Positions 11,110-24,794 are shown, numbered from the whole stretch's first letter. The stretch is 53,378 bases of DNA, filler included, from Bipalium vagum (GCA_037834085.1; 3 parts of 3 records of this genome joined end to end with filler, not necessarily neighbours in it); one strand, 5' to 3'. Notes: generated by a model from the letters alone, not told the origin. A program made the numbers and translations.

Positions 11110-13593
11110 AATTACATGAAATATGGTAATGGCATTACCGCTCAAGAATGGTACAACAAATTCAAAAAGATAAATTTCGCTCTGGTCGACCATCCGAATT
11201 AGACGAAGAACACATTCAGGAACTTTTAAAAGAAAATGGTCGCCAAACATCCAGAGAACTTGCTGAAAAATTGGCTGCACTAATCCGACAATCCTCAGAC
11301 ACCTTCACTCCATCGGCTTTGAGCAAAAATTTGGAGCTTGGATACCTCATAAACTCAGCGACCAAGGCAAAGAAAAACGTTTCCGAATCGCAGCACATCT
11401 TGCTCGGCACCGAGCGACATTCGGCCACAAGGAACGACTTCTGCAGAGAATGGTCACGGGAGACGAGAAATGGTGTCGCTACGTCAATATGAGACAGAGG
11501 AAGGAGTGAGTAGCTAAAGGAGTCACGCCTAAGCAAAGAGTATAAAAAGAACTTCATCCCAAGGAAACAATGACATGTGTATGGTGGAACTTGGAGGGTT
11601 TTGTGCACTGGGAAATACGGAAAATAGAAAAATAAGACTATTAACAAAGAACTCTATGTAGCTCAGTTGCAAATAGTGAATGAAGCTATCCAACTGAAAA
11701 GTTCAGATCATCACAGTCATGTCATTTTGCTTCATGACAACGCAAGGCCACATACAACTCAAATGGGAGATCCGCCGTACTCTCCTGATCTTGCGTCAAC
11801 TGACTTTCACCTCCACCTCTCATTGTTCAATCAAATGAGGGGTGTGAAATTCAAGAACGAGGAGGATTTCAAAAACTGGCTTAACAAATTCTTCGAGACC
11901 CGGACTGGGGATTTCAGTAGAAATTGTATCAAAAAATTGGTCGAGAAGTGGAAGCAGGTCGTGAACAATAACGGAGACTATATTACTAATTGATTTATTA
12001 TTTGTAATATTAATAATGTGGGGACTACTCCCAGGCAATCTTCCAGGAGATGAAAAACAAAAGAAATCCTTTTAAACATTCTGTGTGATTTTGTGTGACT
12101 CAAAATTATTTCTGGTTCAACCTTTTGTGCGATCTTTTGTATGACATAAAAAGTCTTTGTAATCCTAACATTTTGTATAAATCATTATATTGTAAAAGAA
12201 AATTTTACTATGCATGTGTATGTATAAAAATATATGTAATTACTGGTAAATCCCGAAAATTATAAATTCCGAAATAAATAAATAAAATATAAATAATATT
12301 CATAAAAATAATAAATAAATTAAAATAATTCTAAAATTAGAAAAATGATAAAGTTATTACTAAAAATAAAAAATGTTAACAAAATTAATTAAATAGTCAA
12401 GAAAAGAATTATAAAAAATAAATATAGTATATTAAAGATTCTATAAATAAAAATAACTAAAAAATTATAATATAAATACAAAATATTTTAGAGAAACGAC
12501 TAAATTTAAGTTACGAATTATTATTATCAAGAAATTTTTGCGTATTATATTACAAGGATCTAGTCAGTATCGAGTTTCACTTTTCAAAGAATCTAATAGA
12601 CACTGAGAAGTCTCAACTCCAATTACCAAACTGTGAAGAAACAACTGACAGTTGATAACAAATTTCAAGAGCAAAAATAATATAAGAAGATAAACTCCAC
12701 CACGAACAGCGGACGTAAAGATCAAACGTAACTCAACAGACTCAAAAGATTAACAACAGTATTCCAAACCGAGAACAGAACAGAACCAATTCAACGTGTC
12801 TACTCTCAAAACAGGAACTTCGCGATTCCGTAAAGTATTCCTATTCAAAAACCGTCAGTAAAAAGAGTAACTTTATTTATAATTAATTATTTGGAGAATT
12901 GCAATTTGATCACAAGTTGTTCAATTCGAATTATAATTAGTAATTAATTAAATTAAAATAAATAATCGAAATAGTCGGATAGATCCCCAATTATTATGCG
13001 GATATCAAATACATTTTTTTGTTTCTCTTCATTTATTTTTTTTGGCTTCTTAACGTCAAGTAGGGTGGAGAGGCGCTTTTTACTTTTGAGAACTCTTGAG
13101 GCTAATATAGCGAAGAGCATAAATTAAAAATACTTTACTCTAATTCTTCTTCTGGATTTATCATTAATATTATCGATTTATTTGTTCAACAAAGTTTTAA
13201 TATAAAAATACAATTTATCAAATTTAAATAATACTTTTGATTTGTCTTAGTAAACGGTTTTACTTTTTATTGAAGTGTTCAGTTATCAAATCGATCAAAA
13301 AATTATTTTAATTCTATTAGTATTTAGAATTACTTGCACTCGATTTTTTCACACTAATTTTCCGTCACCCAGTCGATTAAAAAATAAACGCAACCTCTTA
13401 CTTATTAAACACGAACTTGACACACTCTAAATCCTTCTGATCATTATTAAAATATACGGGCCACGTTAAGTTTTGAGTAGGTAACGAATTATTCAAACCA
13501 ATCCAATCTCGAAACTTAACAATAAAATAATAGTTGGTTTTCACAAAAAAACTTCAATAAAAAAAACGCGGGAACTTATGTACCAACCTAGTT
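11110..13593 (+). mobile_element. Decayed mariner (DD34D); transposase 11110-11993, right TIR displaced to ~13565-13593 by an insertion
   Basis: Motifs SGRPSELD, WIPHKL, VTGDEKW, LHPKETMTCVWW, LLHDNARPH, PPYSPDLASTDFH and NNGDYI*, with frameshifts and stops. The TIR-like GAACTTATGTACCAACCTAGTTA resembles the right end of the 41330-42331 copy. Confidence 0.9.
12003..13521 (+). mobile_element. ~1.5 kb solo-LTR-like repeat (copy A), inserted in mariner 3' UTR
   Basis: Starts TGTAA and ends TTAACA, with no ORF. Aligns block by block with the reverse complement of 28065-29370 (e.g. AGTCGGATAG..AGATCCCCAA, GTAGGGYGGAGAGGCGCTT, ACGTTAAGTTTT, terminal AAACTTAACA). No clean TSD seen. Confidence 0.7.
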
Positions 13594-13759
13594 ATTAAGT
13601 TATATATGAATTTTAAGTGTCATTTACACAGTTTTAAAAAAATGCAGAAATAAATTCAAACATTAATTAAATATTTGAAAATTAAAGGACCAAATTAGAA
13701 ACCAATAGCGACCTTGATGCAACAAAATGAATATTCACACACATTAAAATCTATTATCA

Positions 13760-14160
13760 ATTTTAATCGGGGTGGTATGAACATTAAAGATGCACCACGA
13801 TCTAGTAGACTAAAATGAGGAAATAGTTAGAAATATACAAGAAATAGTGACATACCGTAGATTAAATTTGATTCAGATTGCTGAAGCAACAGGTATCTCA
13901 AAGAACGTGTTCACCACATCTTGCATGAAGAGTTCGGTATAAGAAACCTGTAAGCAAGATGAAATGGGTATCGTGTCTGATAACGCTACAGCAAAAACAA
14001 CATCGTGTGATAACTTTGGAGCAGTGCTTGCAGCTGATACGACATCATCCAGATTTCTTCAATCGATTTATCAATGTGGACGAAATCTGGCGTTAACATT
14101 GTACACCGTAAACAACAATTCAATAAATGCAATTGAAAGCAAAGGGTAAACAAAGCTCAT
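13760..14160 (+). mobile_element. Mariner transposase fragment, irritans/Himar-like
   Basis: IKDAPRSSR, IAEATGIS, RVHHILHEEFGIRNL, WVSCLITLQQKQHRV and FFNRFINVDEIW. Confidence 0.8.
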
Positions 14161-14319
14161 AGTTATCATATTAATATATGAAAAAAAAGAGAAGAGTGAG
14201 GATATCCACAATGGATATTAAAAATTTGAGATGCAGCTGTAAAATCAAAATAAAACTGATTTTGACTTTAATTGAAAAAGATATATTTACAAATTGTTAT
14301 TTGTTTAGGTCGGGTTGAT

Positions 14320-14625
14320 CTGGATAATTGATAGATGTGGGTTTTTGCATGGACGAAGCGAGAAGAGGGAAGATATTCCTGTTGTGATTAGTGATTATCC
14401 GATGGAGAAAAACGGGAGATTATAAAACAACTACCAGATCCTCTACAGCAGAATAAAAACCGAGAACCAGAATCAAAGAGAAACATAACAATAAAGAGAC
14501 GGTGACGACGAAAAGAAAAAGTAAACGAAGAAATGAATTATTATTGTTGAGTGATTTATTTTGTGAATAAATTGATTTCTATTACTTAATCGAACGGACC
14601 ATTATTGGAAAATTGGTTTATATTA
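14320..14625 (+). repeat. Dispersed LTR-like repeat; inverted partner at 42790-43085
   Basis: Shared blocks include GAGACGGTGACGACGAAAAGAAAA, GTGAATAAATTGATTTCTATTAC and AGATATTCMTGTTGTGATT. A TATA-like motif is followed by a purine-rich tract and AATAAA. Confidence 0.75.
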
Positions 14626-15039
14626 AACTCAATTAGCAGATTTAAAATTTCAAGTCAGACCAGATAAGTGAGAGCTCAAGACGTTAGTTAATATTTTGCT
14701 AAATAATAACAAATTGACAGAAAAACTCGTTAGGTTTGAACAAGGGGAATGAAGTATTGAAAGATAACTAAGCTTCGAAAGAATCATTGCGTATAACATA
14801 ATAGAACTCATACACAAAGCAATTTATTCTATTAACAAGCTTATTAATATTAATTATTAATACTTAAATTGGATAATTAGATACCAGAAATAATGGAACG
14901 GCCTCACAATGATAAAATTGTATGCTTAAATTGATATTAAAAATATCTATTGGTTGTGTACGATACGCGAAATAATGGACATATAAATCTAGAAATTTCA
15001 TAATAATCTAAAACGAAAAATATAGATTATCCTGAGATT

Positions 15040-15500
15040 TATGTGTTAGAAACTGTACCAATGATTGGTTCTGGCAAAGGTTTTGCATCTTTAGTAGTAA
15101 ATGTCATAGAAACTATAATAGAAATTATAATAAAAACTATAATAGAATCCATAATTTTTCAGTTGCTGTGCAAGGATATGGATTCTCATTATGTTCGAAC
15201 ACAGACATAACATGGTTATCGAAAAGAAAAGTACGATTACTAGCTCGGGTAATTGAGGTGCAGCAAAAACTTTTTAATTTAGTGATAGATTTTGTAAATT
15301 TATCAAAAATGCATTGTGGATGTCCAACGTAGAGTACTTAAGTAAGATATTTGGATATCTCAATAGTCTAAATAGCAATATGCAAGTCAAAAATGAAAAT
15401 ATTCTTACGGCAACAGATAAATTAGTTACTTTTAAGAAAAATTGCAATATAAAAGTAAATAAATATGGTAAGAGATTTGGATATGTTTCCATCAGTTTCC
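15040..15500 (+). mobile_element. hAT (Buster/Charlie, ZBED5/8-type) transposase remnant
   Basis: PMIGSGKGFASLV, FQLLCKDMDSHY, TWLSKRKV and WMSNVEYLSKIFGYLNSLNSNMQVKNENILTATDKLVTFKK. Confidence 0.8.
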
Positions 15501-15679
15501 AATGATTTTACTAAGTAATCAGCAATAATAAAATAATAATATTGATAACAAAATGTGGTTCAGAAAAAATCTGGCAGCCATGAATATGGAAAAAATATAC
15601 ATAGAAACTAAATTGAAATATTTTAAAGTTATATTTTATTTATATTTAACAATACAAATGCAAAAGATACAGACTGAAA

Positions 15680-16620
15680 TAAATTTCCACGCCAAAATAA
15701 CCGAACCTTCGATTTCAGTTTGCCCATGAGTGTCTGGACATTCGCTTGGCTGACGTTATTTGCTTGAATACGCCCTTTATCCCTGAACTCCTTAAGATTG
15801 GGTGTTTTAAATTTTGTTTCTTTGATTTTAAATTTTATATTGGGTCAATAGCACTTGATTGGACGTAATTCCGGAAAATTTGTTCGATTGGCTTATTTTT
15901 TTTGTTTTCTAAGCACTCCTTAACGTAAATCTCGCTTCTTTTCTTTGTTCTTTGTGTTCTTTTATGTAAACATTATTTACTTTTTCGTCCACATGAACAT
16001 ATTGCTTATCATAACAAATATTTTGAAGGGAACTTTGATACTTTTTATATTTTGGTGCTATGTATTGTTTTTTGCGTCACAACATAAAATTCCTATCTTA
16101 GAATTTGATTGAATTCAGCGACGCAGTATGTTTCTTCATCCAAGTACAGCATTCAAATTTTGTTAAAAAGTCAGCGTATAACTTTCTAGCTCGTTTTGGC
16201 GAGTACTTCTTTAGATTACTCTATACTTATTTCACTTTATGTCTTCAATCCAGCTCGAATTTTATTTCTGTAAATAGTTGTTGACTTTCCTACTTTATTC
16301 GAAAAGATGTGTACAGATAGGTTAGGATCTTTTTAAAATGTTCTTGTAATTTTCTTTGCAATTTCCTTGTTTGTTGCACCTGATTTTCTATCAGAACACT
16401 ATTTTCTGTCGATGGTCAAAGTTTTACGATAATTGGTCTAAGAATTTTGCACTGCTGAGCGAGGAATTTTTAAGCGCTTGGCGATATTGAATCGAGAAAT
16501 AGTTATATCTTGCAAGTACTTGTCCACTATTAATTTTCGAATATAAATTTCAGTAGTAGAATATTTATTAAAATTAGTATGATTAAACAAAAATTTTATG
16601 AAATATTACCGGTTTTCAAA
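15680..16620 (-). mobile_element. Decayed DD37E (ITmD37E)-like transposon, same family as 680-1330
   Basis: HTH region NIAKRLKIPRSAVQ, then RARKLYADFLTKFECC, DEETYCVAEF, SKFPSKYLL**AICSCGRKS and NFPELRPIKCY. Confidence 0.75.
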
Positions 16621-17241
16621 CACTAAATCCATATACCATATATTATCATAATATTGCAAGTACAAAAAAATTATAGAGTGTATAAACCTGTCATATTTTT
16701 TCTGAAAAACCCTATATATTCTTTAATAAGTTGTCCTATTTATAAAGTTTCAATAATAGTTCTTATTTAAAAAAAGTAAGATCCAACGTTTTGACAGACA
16801 AGAGCTGAATACTAGACTATTTTTTGGATTCCACTTTTATACCATTATGTAGGCCTAGAGTCAAATAACTTCGTTAGTTTCTCTTGATGGGCTTCTTGAT
16901 TTTCAAAGCATCGTTCTCGGAAAAAATTAAACCAGAAGCTGTGACATGTGATGAGTACGATAGATAGATATATAGTTCAATTGCATCAAGGTTGATGATA
17001 GCTGCCATTGATTTCCCAGTGAATTTTAGGACTTTGCTTTGTTCGCTTTTAATAAAACATTCTTTGATTTGTGCTGAATACATACCAGAGTTTTAACTAT
17101 TATTCCAAAAACCAGATATTATAACTGTGGAGACTACGTTCAACAAACCCTACAGCTCAATCAAAACAACCAAAACCAAGTGGATCAACTCAACCGTGCC
17201 CTGCGATAGAGTCAAATTCCAAATCCTAAATCGGTCATAAA

Positions 17242-17325
17242 ACTTTATTGTCACTTGTGATTCTTTACTTTACTGTTATTATACTGTCACTTGTGATTCT
17301 TTACTTTACTGTTATTATACCGTCA
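17242..17325 (+). repeat. 36-bp tandem repeat, two exact copies plus a decayed third
   Basis: TGTCACTTGTGATTCTTTACTTTACTGTTATTATAC begins at 17249 and again at 17285. Confidence 0.9.
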
Positions 17326-17656
17326 TTTGTCATCCTAAAAACTTTACTGTTATTTGTGATCTTAAAAATTGTGCATGAACAAGTCATAATATATGTATAT
17401 AAAAAGTATATATTTTGTCAAAAAATTGTTAAACAATTCTGACCGATCGAAATTATGAAACAGTTATAATAATTAGTAATTAATAATTTAAATAATTAAT
17501 AATTTAAATAATTAATAATTTAAATAATAATCAAATAATATTTGGAAAATATAAGTATTATTATTAAATTTATAAAAGAAAAATTTTCAAGTAACATTAA
17601 GTTACTAAAAATAGAGATTTAGAAGAAAATTTTATACCAAATATTAAAAATAGAAA

Positions 17657-17938
17657 NNNNNNNNNNNNNNNNNNNNNNNNNNNNNNNNNNNNNNNNNNNN
17701 TTAATTAATTAANNNNNNNNNNNNNNNNNNNNNNNNNNNNNNNNNNNNNNNNNNNNTTACCNNNNNNNNNNNNNNNNNNNNNNNNNNNNNNNNNNNNNNN
17801 NNNNNNNNNNNNNNNNNNNNNNNNNNNNNNNNNNNNNNNNNNNNNNNNNNNNNNNNNNNNNNNNNNNNNNNNNNNNNNNNNNNNNNNNNNNNNNNNNNNN
17901 NNNNNNNNNNNNNNNNNNNNNNNNNNNNNNNNNNNNNN
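17657..17938. other. Assembly gap: 100-bp spacer N44-TTAATTAATTAA-N44, a 5-bp island, then a further N run
   Basis: Symmetric N padding around a 12-mer with stops in all six frames; identical construct at 35230-35329. Confidence 0.95.
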
Positions 17939-19071
17939 TCATTATTTGGTGTTGTTTATAATATAATCCCAAGTTGAAAATATGTATTGTAAAATCGCTT
18001 TTGATTGATTTGTATAAAATAATAAATAACAAAAAACAATAATTAAGCAATAATAAATAAAAAGAAAATGAATAAAAGACAAGGGGACCCAGCGAGTTTG
18101 AGAATTCCTAGGTGACCTGAAAAGAACCTAGTGGATGACCCGGGGACCCATTGTCGCTCCTGGTGAAGAAATTTATCTATTTCTTTTTTTTGTGATAATT
18201 AATTGAAAGTCAATATTATTCTTTAACTGTAAATTATATTTTATTTTATTTTTATTGCGATTATTTAGAGAGGGGATACCATTTTGTTGTGGGGTTTTTG
18301 ATTCAAATTGAGTTTTAATTCGTGCAAGTGCAATAGTAAACGAACACATCATTATAAAGCGAGGAGTTATCAATTACGAGCGAAAGTTACTTTGGTTAAG
18401 GCATAATAGTAACATATTTAACAGCGTATGGATTTTCAAGCAAATTAACTGAAATTGATGTATAATCTATAATCGATGTTCTAAATTCTTTTTATAGTGT
18501 ATGTGAAATTTATTTCAAAAATATCCTAAAAAACTCGGAATTATTTCACAATTGATGAAAATTGCTTTGCACAAAGTAAACCATTATCAAATAAATATAA
18601 ATTAGACTAATTAACTTTTTTTAGTTATTCTAGTATATAAATTTTATGTTGGGTTTTCTACAGTTAATAAATTTTGTGGTGCTTGATCCGAAAACAAAAA
18701 AATTTATAATTAAATTTTTAAATATTTTGAAGGATGCGGAAAAAATTTATTGCACTCTAATATTATTTTGATAGAAAATTATTGTCGCTTTTTATAACAC
18801 AAATCAATAGTCGATAAGTCACCATCAACATCAACGACATTTTGTCTTCGTTCTAAGAGCTTATTAATACCGTGTTTAATAATATCAGAACTAAGTACTT
18901 AACCATGATAACAAAAATATACACAACATCCTGTTAAAATTCAAATTTTTAAATAAGTACAAAACAGAAAAAGAAAGTCGATATTTACTTTAATATTTTA
19001 TAACTGGGATTAACAATTAACAACCATTTTCCATCAGTACATAAAAAAATATCATCTTTACAACGGCTTTT

Positions 19072-22000
19072 CTATTCGACAAAAACGCATACCGAGTCAC
19101 AAGCCTCTTTACAGTCATACAAGTCAAACAGTTTTTGATTGATCTTATACCGTAGTCCCACAAAGACCGTGTACCAGAAAATGTTGTCGAACGCCCAATC
19201 CATGAGCGGCACTTTGTACATCTGCTTCATGGCCCACCGACTCAAGTTCTGGGCCCAAAACATTAGGTGAAGTGTTCTGTCGTTTCCATTGACTCGATAA
19301 ACAGTGTTACCATAAGATTGCTGCCAATTATTGACTCTGTCTTCTGGATTGCACAAGAAAAATGTACTAAAAATATTTCGAAAAGGATTCAGTACCTGTA
19401 ACGATGTTCGTTAGCATTCATTCAGAGAAAAATGGAATAATAATATTATTATTATTGTTAATATTAATATTAATATTAATAATAATAACTCAAAAGTTTA
19501 TGAACAAAGAAAATCAAATGGATGACTCTAATAATCCTGAACTTTGGCAAATCTCTGACTTACTTCATTTTCCATAAAAAAAAATAAAAGGAGAAAGAAT
19601 TGAAGCAAAAGAGAATGGATGTGATGAAATTTCTTCATGGCAAATATTCCATGATTTTGAAGAAATCGGTTTGAAGGAGTCAGTCATGAAACTTTAGCAT
19701 AATTTTGGTAAGCACGTGCTTAGATTTTGCTGATAAATGACAGTTCAATTGCACCGTGTATGTTTATATTGATTAGGCGTAATTAATTATATCCGGATGC
19801 AGAAAGATAAGATAATATGCAAAAACATGTAGGTGTTAATAACAAAGGAGTTAATGTCAAAAAATGAACTTAATAGAGCGATTTTGTAAAGGTTCCGGTA
19901 TAACAAAAAAGTACTTATAACCCATAAAAAAATGAAATTGAATTCGAATTTTTCGGTATTGAATAAAAGCAAAGGAAAACAATTCAAAAAGGTAATAGTG
20001 AAAATCCTTTTTTATAAATGTCACGAAAAGAATTAATGGGTAAAAAGGATTTAAAATTCTATAGGTTGGAGGAAATCCTGAAATCCAAGTGAAATTTTAT
20101 CGTTTGATTTTACATTCGAATTACTTTCTCAAAGATCTACTTTTCCAATTGGATACATCAAACAGTAGCGTTTGTCTGGCTTACTTTAAAATCTTTCGAT
20201 GCACTGAAAATTGTCTGCTAAAAGACCAGAAAATATTATTAATAGTTCAATATTTGTTCATGGACAAAAAATGTTTTCTAAAGACAGATTTTGCTTTTAT
20301 AAGGCCTGAAATTGTTGATTTCATCACTAAAATATTGATGTCGCTAGTTCATTAAAATTGATTTATTAATCAATACACTAATTACAAAGATTTTTTAAAT
20401 TTATGAATAATAATAATAAATAAATAATGAAATATTATTAATAACCAATAGTTTATTAATATTTGTAATCATTAATATTTTTTATATTTATTATTGAATA
20501 ATTTTAGTATTGATTATTATACTAATAATTACCCATTATTATTAATGTATTTTCTATTATCTATTTTTATTATCTGTTAATGTTAATATTATTATTCTTG
20601 TTATTATTATTTGAATATCGATAATTCTCCCTTAATGAAAATGTCTAACCCATTAATTACTAGTCCAGTTTTATTAACGAAATATAACGCGACCAAATAT
20701 CAGTGAGATCATGAGATCGATCTATTGTATTAGAAAATAACAATAGATGTTTATTATCAATCATTGTATGTTCATAATATATTACGTTTAAATGTTAATT
20801 TTTTGGCAATAAGATAAAACGTGAATGAACAAAATAGAAGAAATATCAATTTATTCTGTCTATAATAATATGAACAAAATGGAAAATGGAAAAAAATATA
20901 ATCAAGAATTTTTGACAATAATTAATACTAACGTTTTTTAAAACGATTATGCTCATTGGTTTCGGACATTGATTTGAAATGTTCAGATTTCGACGCATAT
21001 CCACCCATTTCTTTAGAAATATATACGATGGATCGTTCTGGTTTGTAGGCACGGAAATAAAACGATTTTCTGTTCGGTAATCAGAATCAGAATCATCGTC
21101 TTCATCATAATTTGTATCATCCTCGTCATCCTCATCATCATCGTCCTCACCTTCCCAGTCATGATAAAAGTAATTGCTCTCATCAAAATCACTGACATAT
21201 GAAGAGGACGGATAATCGAAATAATCACAAATAATTGATGCATGCCATATTTGACTTGAATCATACTCGGAATCCGAGACCATGTCTGGTTGGGCATATC
21301 GGGAGCAAATTAGATCCGAATAAAAAGCGTTAGGTGATATGACATCTCGAATGGGAAGATCTTTGTCTTCATCGGAATTATAAGTGCTGTCTTCGTCACC
21401 TTTTTCGGAAGCTGGTTCACTGACAATCTCCAGCTGTTGAGCAGCATTCTGAAAAAATTATCTTGTCATTTGTTACCGTCAAAACTTTACGCAACGGCGA
21501 ATCAGCTATTATATATTCAAGGTCAATTATTTATGCATCATTAATGAAATACACCAATCAAATCGCTTTATCATCAACGACAATTTCCAAATTAAAAACA
21601 AACGGAAAACTTATCATTGTTCTTAGAAACTGCATTAATTTCCGTGTTACAACAGTTCAAATGACCTAATCATTTAATATTGAACTTCGTTGTAGAAAAT
21701 GAATAAAATCAAAACTTGTAAAAACTTATAAATATTTTTTGACAGGGTTTTTAGATTAATTTTAAAATTTTAAATTTTACATAAGATAATTTCAATATTA
21801 CATTATACATGTAGGCATTATTTTGTAAAAAAAAGTACATATATTTTATTTATGTTATTCATTTGTATGAATTTGTAGAAATTATGAAGATGAAAATTGT
21901 ACGAAGAAAACTCCAGAAAATTACTGATGAAACAAAACAAAGAATTATTTAAGAATATAATTCAAATCATAGCATTGTTCGAAAATCTCAGCTCATGAGA

Positions 22001-24794
22001 GTCAATCAAACAACATTATGCTCCATAATAAAAGGCTAGCTTGGCACAGGTTCTTATCAAGCTAAGAAAGGAGGAGAATATGCACCACGTAAGATAAATG
22101 ATGAGAGAAGATACATGATTCAAGAATAAATTAATGAAAGCACTGGTGTAAGTCTGAAGCAACCGAAAAAATGAATATCAACATTTAGAGTTTCACTTTC
22201 TCATGTAACCATTTCAAAATACATAAATGGTTTCAAATATTCGATTAAGCAGTTTCAATTAATATATGAACACGCGGAAATACCAATAACTTAGAAACTC
22301 AAAGAATTTATTTATCGAGTTTCAGTCTATGTATTGTGAAGCAAATAAAATTTTCATAGACGAAATTTGTTTCAATGTGTCCATGAGAACAAGTAAAGGC
22401 CGTTCTAAAATTGATACGCCCGCCGTTACACGCCCTCGCAATATTTCTGTCTGTTGAGTAATGAGTAGATCAAGAATTATTCAATATAAATCCCAAGATC
22501 GGTCCTATAATTCTGAATATTTAATTAATATCGAAACTAAAGTTTGAATCAATGTAAACATTCTTGTTTATAATGGACATTGTCTGGTAATATACCGGAA
22601 CATATTTTTCAAGTTTCGATTTATGTAATTCAGATTTCATTCAACTTCCCAATCTTATTACTGAGCAAACGTCTCACTTATTCCCTACTTCTATATTCCC
22701 TATTGAGAACATGTTCTTCAAATGGAAAGAAATAGTCAGTGTACCATCAAAATGAATCTGAATTGATGGATTTCATAAGGAATGCATCACAGTCAATTTC
22801 TGTGTTTGAATGTGAAGGATATTGCCGAAACATACTTAGATACATCACAAGGTGCATTAACAATGAGTACATTGCTTTGAAATATATGTTTGTAGTATCG
22901 ATTTTAAAAGTCTTAGTCTTCCATTTCCAGAAAGTAGTATTTTAAATTTGACTAAAATCCATTCCAATGTGAATATCAAAAAGAATTTATCGATTTTAAA
23001 AATTTTCAATTATCAATATCAATCTCACGTTATTCGTCATTAGACCATTGACTTCGTCATTCTCTAATTTTTCATTTGTAACTTCTTTTTCCACTTCAGG
23101 TTCAATTTCATCTTCTACTTTACTTTCCAAACATTTTTCTTCGCTCTCCTCCTTCAGTGGATAATCGTCACAATTTTCTGGTTTCTCTTTTTCAGAACCA
23201 TCGATTTCTTTTGGTACAACATTCTCACTATTGATTTCACACAGTCCAGGATTGGGTAGAAAATTGATACCGTCGATGGTGCCACCGCGCAATGACGTGT
23301 AGACATTACGGCGAAATATCTCATAATTTGTGTTTTTGTTATTAAAAAACGAAGAAATTGGATCCGAAAGATTTGGCTGATACAAAAGGAAGATAAGTCC
23401 CTGAATGACGTCAATCAAACCGAATGATCTACAATAAATAACAAGTAAATAATTCAAGCAATTTTTTAATCCGTAGCATATTATTTGTAATCATTTCCTG
23501 GTAGTCATTTATGGTTAATGATCAAACATGTCCAATGTCCAATCTTATCAAACTTTAACTATCACTAATACAAGAAAAAATGATAATATCGATTTTTATT
23601 TATTGGGACATCCGGAAAGTTTTGGGTTTTACAAACACATTTAAAAAAATTACAACACTTTAATTAAACAAAATCTGATTCATTCTTATGAATCATTCTT
23701 CATCGTCTGCTGGGCTACTGAAAATTTTCTCTTCGACAGAAACTCCTAATTCTGTTTCAAAAGTTCATCTAAGTACATTTTGATGGCCTCAAGTGAATCA
23801 ACTCTTTTCAGCTTAAGAAATTTTATAACGATCGGAATAAACGGTAATCCAAAGATCCAATCTCATTAGTATAGAGAATGAACCATAAGGTCCTACCCAC
23901 ATCACTGGCCTAGGTACTTCACAATCATAGAACCTGAAATTAGACATTATTGAGGTAAAACAAAGTACCATGTTTTCCGTTTGTAATCGATGGCAGTCTT
24001 AAGATCTGGTGAAAGAAATATTTTTCAGATTTGCTCATTTGGCTGCACGTTACCGTTTTAATGATAATCCTTATTAATAAAAGGTTTTAAAATCAACAGA
24101 ACTTTCCGGATGAGTCAATAAAACATATCAAAGACAAATAATTTTAAGGAAATCATAAAAATCATTATCATCTCAAGAATGAATTATTGTTCTCACGTGA
24201 TACAAATGAAAAAATTTAATTAACATCATAGAAATTTAAATTTTAAATATTCGTCAGTGTTGCCTAATCGCTATATTAATTATAACAATATCGGCTAGAC
24301 AAAAGTAGTATTCAAATTCAAATACCTATGGTTTTAAATAATGATAATTTAAGTAAATGTTATACCTATTCCAATTATCGAATAAATTCAGACAAACATT
24401 GTGATAACCTTCTCCGTGTTCAATATTTGGATGGTATATATCTGATAGACAGATCACATTTGGAAATTCCCGGGGATATGAAAATAATTGAATCTAAGTT
24501 GTCATCACATTTTGATTATCTTAAACTATATCAATTTTACAAACTTGAAATAGAAATTTTGCAAATTGGTATAATCCTTTTTTTGGACAAATCTCGACAA
24601 TAAATGATGAAATATCATCTGGATTGTATGATTTTATTTTTGCCTGATTTTTCGTTGTTTTCTCTATTGTTTTCAATAATTGAAAGAACTCTTTTGTTGG
24701 ATTTGAATTAATAGGTTTCTATAATATTTAGTATTAAATAATAAAATTATTAATATGAATATCTATTTTAAAATAATAATATAACCTTATTCAT
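19072..24794 (-). CDS. Ubiquitin-like conjugating enzyme, Ubc12/UBE2M-like core with long C-terminal extension. Exons 24794-24786, 24718-24545, 24493-24366, 23428-23029, 21448-20933, 19395-19072; 516 aa
   Basis: Phase-consistent GT-AG introns. The UBC core reads FIVEICPKKGLYQFAKFLFQIQLFSYPREFPNVICLSDIYHPNIEHGEGYHNVCLNLFDNWNRSFGLIDVIQGLIFLLYQPNLSDP..NVYTSLRGGTIDGINF, with HPN and the catalytic Cys intact. The 9-nt first exon is the least certain part. Confidence 0.88.
21730..22900 (+). mobile_element. Decayed IS630/Tc1 (DD34E-type) transposon in intron 4 of the E2 gene
   Basis: IFIDEICFNVSMRTSKGRSK, RNISVC, FIMD, PIENMFFKWKEIV and CEGYCRNILRYITRCINNE. The left end CAGGGTTT matches the TIR start of 32461-33060. 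Confidence 0.8.
23603..24118 (-). mobile_element. Internally deleted mariner with TIRs and TA target duplication, in intron 3 of the E2 gene
   Basis: TA-TTGGGACATCCGGAAAGTT at left; AACTTTCCGGATGAGTCAA-TA at right. Internal DYRLFRSL..LEAIKMYLDE remnant on the minus strand. Confidence 0.8.

Larger units (their letters stand above)
17117..18413 (+). mobile_element. LTR-like repeat spanning an assembly gap; 3' part has an inverted partner at 30216-31000
   Basis: The 5' end TATTATAACTGTGGAGACTAC resembles that of 12003-13521 (TATTAATAATGTGGGGACTAC). 18080-18413 aligns with the reverse complement of 30216-30380 and 30830-31000 and ends in TAGTAACA. Continuity across the gap is not assured. Confidence 0.5.

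Noticed and set aside
16874-17083. 69-aa minus ORF as an upstream exon of the 8436-8998 gene
   Set aside because: No convincing phase-0 donor or homology, and it lies against an LTR-like repeat; more likely TE-derived.
17242-17325. 36-bp repeats as a CRISPR array
   Set aside because: Head-to-tail copies without spacers in eukaryotic DNA, and no cas genes.
17701-17712. Palindromic TTAATTAATTAA inside N runs (also 35274-35285) as a biological motif
   Set aside because: Centred in exactly 44+44 Ns at both sites and encodes stops in all frames: an artificial scaffold linker. Order and distance across it are unverified.
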